DNA from: Nitrospinota bacterium
GTDB lineage: Bacteria; UBA8248
Reading direction: 5' to 3'
DNA length: 10,507 bases
Assembly (NCBI GenBank): GCA_046581755.1
Contig: JAYGFR010000158.1
Coordinates: 1-10,507 of the forward strand
Below, in pieces: positions 7,989 to 10,507 of the stretch (positions are counted from its first letter, which is position 1; every line of letters starts with the position of its first letter). The position numbers and the translations under genes are program-made. The notes under the pieces were generated by a model that was not told the DNA's origin, did no database searches, and worked only from the letters and a program-made list of their open reading frames with translations.

Positions 7989-8780
7989 ATGTATACCGTA
8001 ATCGTCATCGTCGCCATCGCAGTGCTGTTCATTATCAGCGCCATCCGCGTGCTGAACGAATACGAGCGGGGCGTCATCTTCCGGCTCGGCCGCTTCTACC
8101 AGACCAAGGGTCCCGGGCTGATCATCGTGCTTCCCGTCATCGATCGGATGGTCCGGATCAGCCTGCGCCTCGTGACGATGGATGTCCCGGCCCAGGACAT
8201 CATTACCAAGGACAACGTGTCGGTGAAGGTGAACGCGGTGGTTTACTTCCGCGTGCTGAACCCGGAGAACGCCGTGATCGAGGTGGAGGATTTCCTCTAC
8301 GCGACCGGTCAGTTGAGCCAGACGACCCTGCGGAGCGTTCTTGGGCAGATGGAGCTGGACGATCTCCTATCGGAGCGGGAGAGGATCAACACCCAGCTTC
8401 AGGAACTCCTCGACAATGCGACGGACGCCTGGGGCATCAAAGTCACCGCCGTCGAGGTCAAGCACGTGGATCTCCCCTCGGAGATGCAGCGCGCCATCGC
8501 GCGCCAGGCCGAGGCAGAACGCGAGCGGCGGGCGAAGGTCATCCACGCCGAGGGCGAGTTTCAGGCCAGTACCCGCCTGGCCGAGGCGGCGACCATCATC
8601 GGACGGGCGCCGGGCGCGCTCCAGCTCCGGTTTCTTCAGACGCTCGCCGAGGTGGCGACCGAGAACAATTCCACCATCATATTTCCGCTGCCCCTGGACC
8701 TTCTCAGTCCGTTCCTCCAGGCGGGGGATTCGGCGGGCGGCGGCGGCCAGCCGCAGATCGATAGCGAAACCAAGACATAG
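7989..8780 (+). CDS. SPFH/band-7 stomatin-like (slipin) protein
   Basis: 263 aa from ATG 7989, preceded by AAGGAGG. Single N-terminal hydrophobic segment, then [39 protein letters not shown] and [13 protein letters not shown]. Confidence 0.95.
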   Translation: MYTVIVIVAIAVLFIISAIRVLNEYERGVIFRLGRFYQTKGPGLIIVLPVIDRMVRISLRLVTMDVPAQDIITKDNVSVKVNAVVYFRVLNPENAVIEVEDFLYATGQLSQTTLRSVLGQMELDDLLSERERINTQLQELLDNATDAWGIKVTAVEVKHVDLPSEMQRAIARQAEAERERRAKVIHAEGEFQASTRLAEAATIIGRAPGALQLRFLQTLAEVATENNSTIIFPLPLDLLSPFLQAGDSAGGGGQPQIDSETKT

Positions 8781-8845
8781 CCCCGGCGCGATCGGCGCCG
8801 GCCCATCATGCCGGGCCATCCCTGCGCCGGCCCCGCAGCGCGGAG

Positions 8846-9433
8846 CTAGTACCTTCGCCTTCGCTGGGGGGGGAGCAGCGGGCGCCCGAACGGGTCGCGA
8901 TCGTCGTCCGGGTTGGGGTTGTCCGGATCGAAGAGAGAGTTGCCCCAGATTCCGCGCTTGTAGGATTTGGCGAACTTCTCGGCTTCGAGGAGTTTCTTCC
9001 GGTACCGCACGTTGGGGTGCTTGATGACGGCCCGCGCGAGGCCGCGAAGTAGGACGAGCTCGTTCACCAGGGTTCCGTCGTCGAGATAGACGTAGTAGCG
9101 GGCCTGCCCATAGTCATCGACAAGCTTCTCGTCCACCTCGAGCTGGATGGTGGCTCCCTCGAGTAATCTCTTTAAAAATTCGAACGATTCCTTGCCGCCC
9201 CGCGCATGGCGCGAGGGGGCCGCCACGCCGACCAGGGCCCCGCGCATCCCCGCGCCCACCTGAAAGCTGTAGCCGTCGAACACGCGGGTAATCCGGGCGG
9301 AGAGACGCTTCGGGCGCTCCGGCGCCGCCTCCAGGGGAGGAAGGGCGAAGACGATCGATGCCAGCGCGGCGGCTGCCGCGATGGCGATTCGGCGAGTCAG
9401 TTTGGCTTCCTCCCCTCCTGTGCGGCGCTTCAA
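8846..9433 (-). CDS. Thermonuclease (SNase)-fold protein with signal-like N-terminus, predicted catalytically inactive; start codon uncertain
   Basis: Scaffold motifs ITRVFDG, GKESFEFLKRLLEG, DDYG..YVYLDDGTLVNELV..GLAR, PNVRY and AE..AK..KRGIWG. A hydrophobic stretch IAIAAAAALASIVFAL follows TRR. Confidence 0.85.
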   Translation of the reverse strand: MKRRTGGEEAKLTRRIAIAAAAALASIVFALPPLEAAPERPKRLSARITRVFDGYSFQVGAGMRGALVGVAAPSRHARGGKESFEFLKRLLEGATIQLEVDEKLVDDYGQARYYVYLDDGTLVNELVLLRGLARAVIKHPNVRYRKKLLEAEKFAKSYKRGIWGNSLFDPDNPNPDDDRDPFGRPLLPPQRRRRY

Positions 9434-9746
9434 TGGGCGGCGGCGGCATCATGCCATGAATCGGCCTCCTCCCTCCAGAGGATTCATTTCGCCCTCGCGG
9501 CGCGTCAATCCCCATCCGGCCCCGTGCCCTGCCCGGCCGGCGCGCCGCCGAATGAGCGGATCGCCATGCACGGGCGCCGGGCGTTCCGGCCTGCCGCCGT
9601 TTTCTGGACGGTTCCATGATTTTATTATCTATACTTGGGTTATAAAATAGTGAACATATCAGGACAGGAAGCTCCATCGCCTGTGCGTGGGGTGCGCGAA
9701 AGGCGGATGCTGCCTGACGCGCCCGGCCCTCTCGGGGATAGCCGTG

Positions 9747-9778
9747 CCGGAAAAAAACGTGTCCGATAAAAAACATGT
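9747..9778. repeat. Imperfect 16-bp direct repeat overlapping a 12-bp palindrome
   Basis: CCGGAAAAAAACGTGT / CCGATAAAAAACATGT (13/16 identical). AAAACATGTTTT at 9770-9781 is a perfect palindrome. Confidence 0.5.
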
Positions 9779-9953
9779 TTTAATCGGCTGGGCGCATACG
9801 GCGGGGAAATTCGGCATGGAGCCTGATTCCGCATATAGTGCCCGATTGAAGATATCGGGTTCGGGCCGGGATTTCGGTTCCGTTGCCCGAGCCGTTTGTT
9901 TGTCCATGACTCGGGAATAAACGAATCTTTGCGCCATATTGGAAAAGATCGGA

Positions 9954-10250
9954 ATGGAAAATATATCCGCCGGCTTAGACAATTTATCCCCCGGGGATTG
10001 GCTGTCCCGCGCGATCGATTCCGCCAGGCGGGGGGAGTTCCTCGAAGCCTGCGATCTGGCCACCCGCGCCCTCGCCGAGCATCCATCCGATATTTGGCTC
10101 CAGCACCGGGCGGTGCTTTCTCTTGCCCAGGCCGGCGCACGGAGCGCGCCCATGAATTATACGAGTCGTGGGGCCTGGCCAAACACCTTGAAGAGGACAT
10201 TGCCGCCCTGGGCGCGCGAATCGAAAAGACCGCTCCCTGGCGGCGCCGCC
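9954..10250 (+). pseudogene. N-terminal fragment of a TPR-like / DUF4071 (TRAF-binding-type) signalling protein, with two inferred frameshifts and a 3' truncation
   Basis: Stitched translation: MENISAG..RRGEFLEACDLATRALAEHPSDIWLQHRAVLSLAQAGA / TERAHELYESWGLAKHLEEDIAALGARIEK / DRSLAA, with single-base shifts at ~10139 and ~10228. It resembles, from memory, the helical-repeat domain found fused to bacterial adenylate/guanylate cyclases. Confidence 0.6.
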
Positions 10251-10374
10251 TGGTAGGGATAGTCCATCTGGGTCTGAATCGCGTTTTTGGCGGCAGTACC
10301 CGCCAGTTTTTCGCAAATGTAGAGGCCGAGATCGATGGACTAGGAGACCCCGCCGCCCGTGATCACATCTCCGG
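10250..10374 (-). pseudogene. C-terminal remnant of a DJ-1/PfpI family protein
   Basis: Minus strand from 10372 reads GDVITGGGVS*SIDLGLYICEKLAGTAAKNAIQTQMDYPYQ, matching the DJ-1/PfpI ITxxGVxxxIDLGL..MDYP C-terminus. It has an in-frame TAG at 10342-10340 and is cut at 10374 by the IS end. Confidence 0.8.
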
Positions 10375-10507
10375 GGGATGTCCCGTTCTGTGTTGAAATT
10401 GAAGGGCGGCCCCTGGTAGCTATGCAGCCTCTTCCACTTTGAGTTTTCCGTCAATCCGCTCGTCATTGCGTTCAAGGGCAGGGCTGAGGCGGGCCATGCC
10501 CTGGTAG
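10375..10507 (-). mobile_element. IS256-family element: downstream terminal inverted repeat and transposase 3' end; continues past the right edge
   Basis: GGGATGTCCCGTTCTGTGTTGAAATT (10375-10400) resembles an IS256-family end, and a transposase-like stop lies 45 bp inside it. Confidence 0.8.
10420..10506 (-). CDS. IS256-family transposase C-terminus (partial)
   Basis: Reads YQGMARLSPALERNDERIDGKLKVEEAA* with the stop at 10422-10420. This matches the post-FRRxxGY tail of IS256 transposases as recalled. Confidence 0.7.
   Translation of the reverse strand, partial: YQGMARLSPALERNDERIDGKLKVEEAA

Noticed and set aside
9449..9451. Selenocysteine codon (U-C) at the start of the nuclease-like gene
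   Set aside because: It sits at codon 3, ahead of a signal-like peptide and outside any redox domain, and I see no convincing SECIS hairpin. It is kept only as an unexplained start anomaly.
9813..9828. Sigma54 promoter (CGGCATGGAGCCTGAT)
   Set aside because: The -24 GG is present but the -12 dinucleotide is GA rather than GC, which is too weak to call.
9640..10475. ORFs 9640..10200 -, 9659..10153 -, 9687..9920 + and 9984..10475 - as real genes
   Set aside because: They have no recognisable domains and span intergenic DNA, pseudogene fragments and the IS end, which are better explained in other frames.
10249..10507. CCTGGTAG occurring three times (10249, 10412, 10500) as a repeat array or target-site duplication
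   Set aside because: Only 8 bp with irregular spacing. Two copies are explained by Tyr-Gln codons on the minus strand and one lies inside the IS end, so none flanks the element.

Overview
GC-rich bacterial window bounded by IS256-family sequence at both ends. The left end holds a 5'-truncated, frameshifted transposase; the right end holds a transposase C-terminus and its terminal inverted repeat, in the same orientation. Between them lie: a minus-strand two-gene operon encoding a plant-like threonine synthase and a plant-like cystathionine gamma-synthase; an MFS transporter divergent from a class-III PLP aminotransferase with non-canonical substrate-site residues; a long-form nfeD/stomatin (slipin) pair; and a convergent, probably exported thermonuclease-fold protein that appears to have lost almost all its catalytic residues. 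The last ~570 bp are a stack of decayed genes that the ORF track does not show: a doubly frameshifted TPR/DUF4071-like N-terminus joined to a DJ-1/PfpI C-terminal remnant, which the IS256 end cuts off. All family calls rest on motif recognition from memory; no searches were run.
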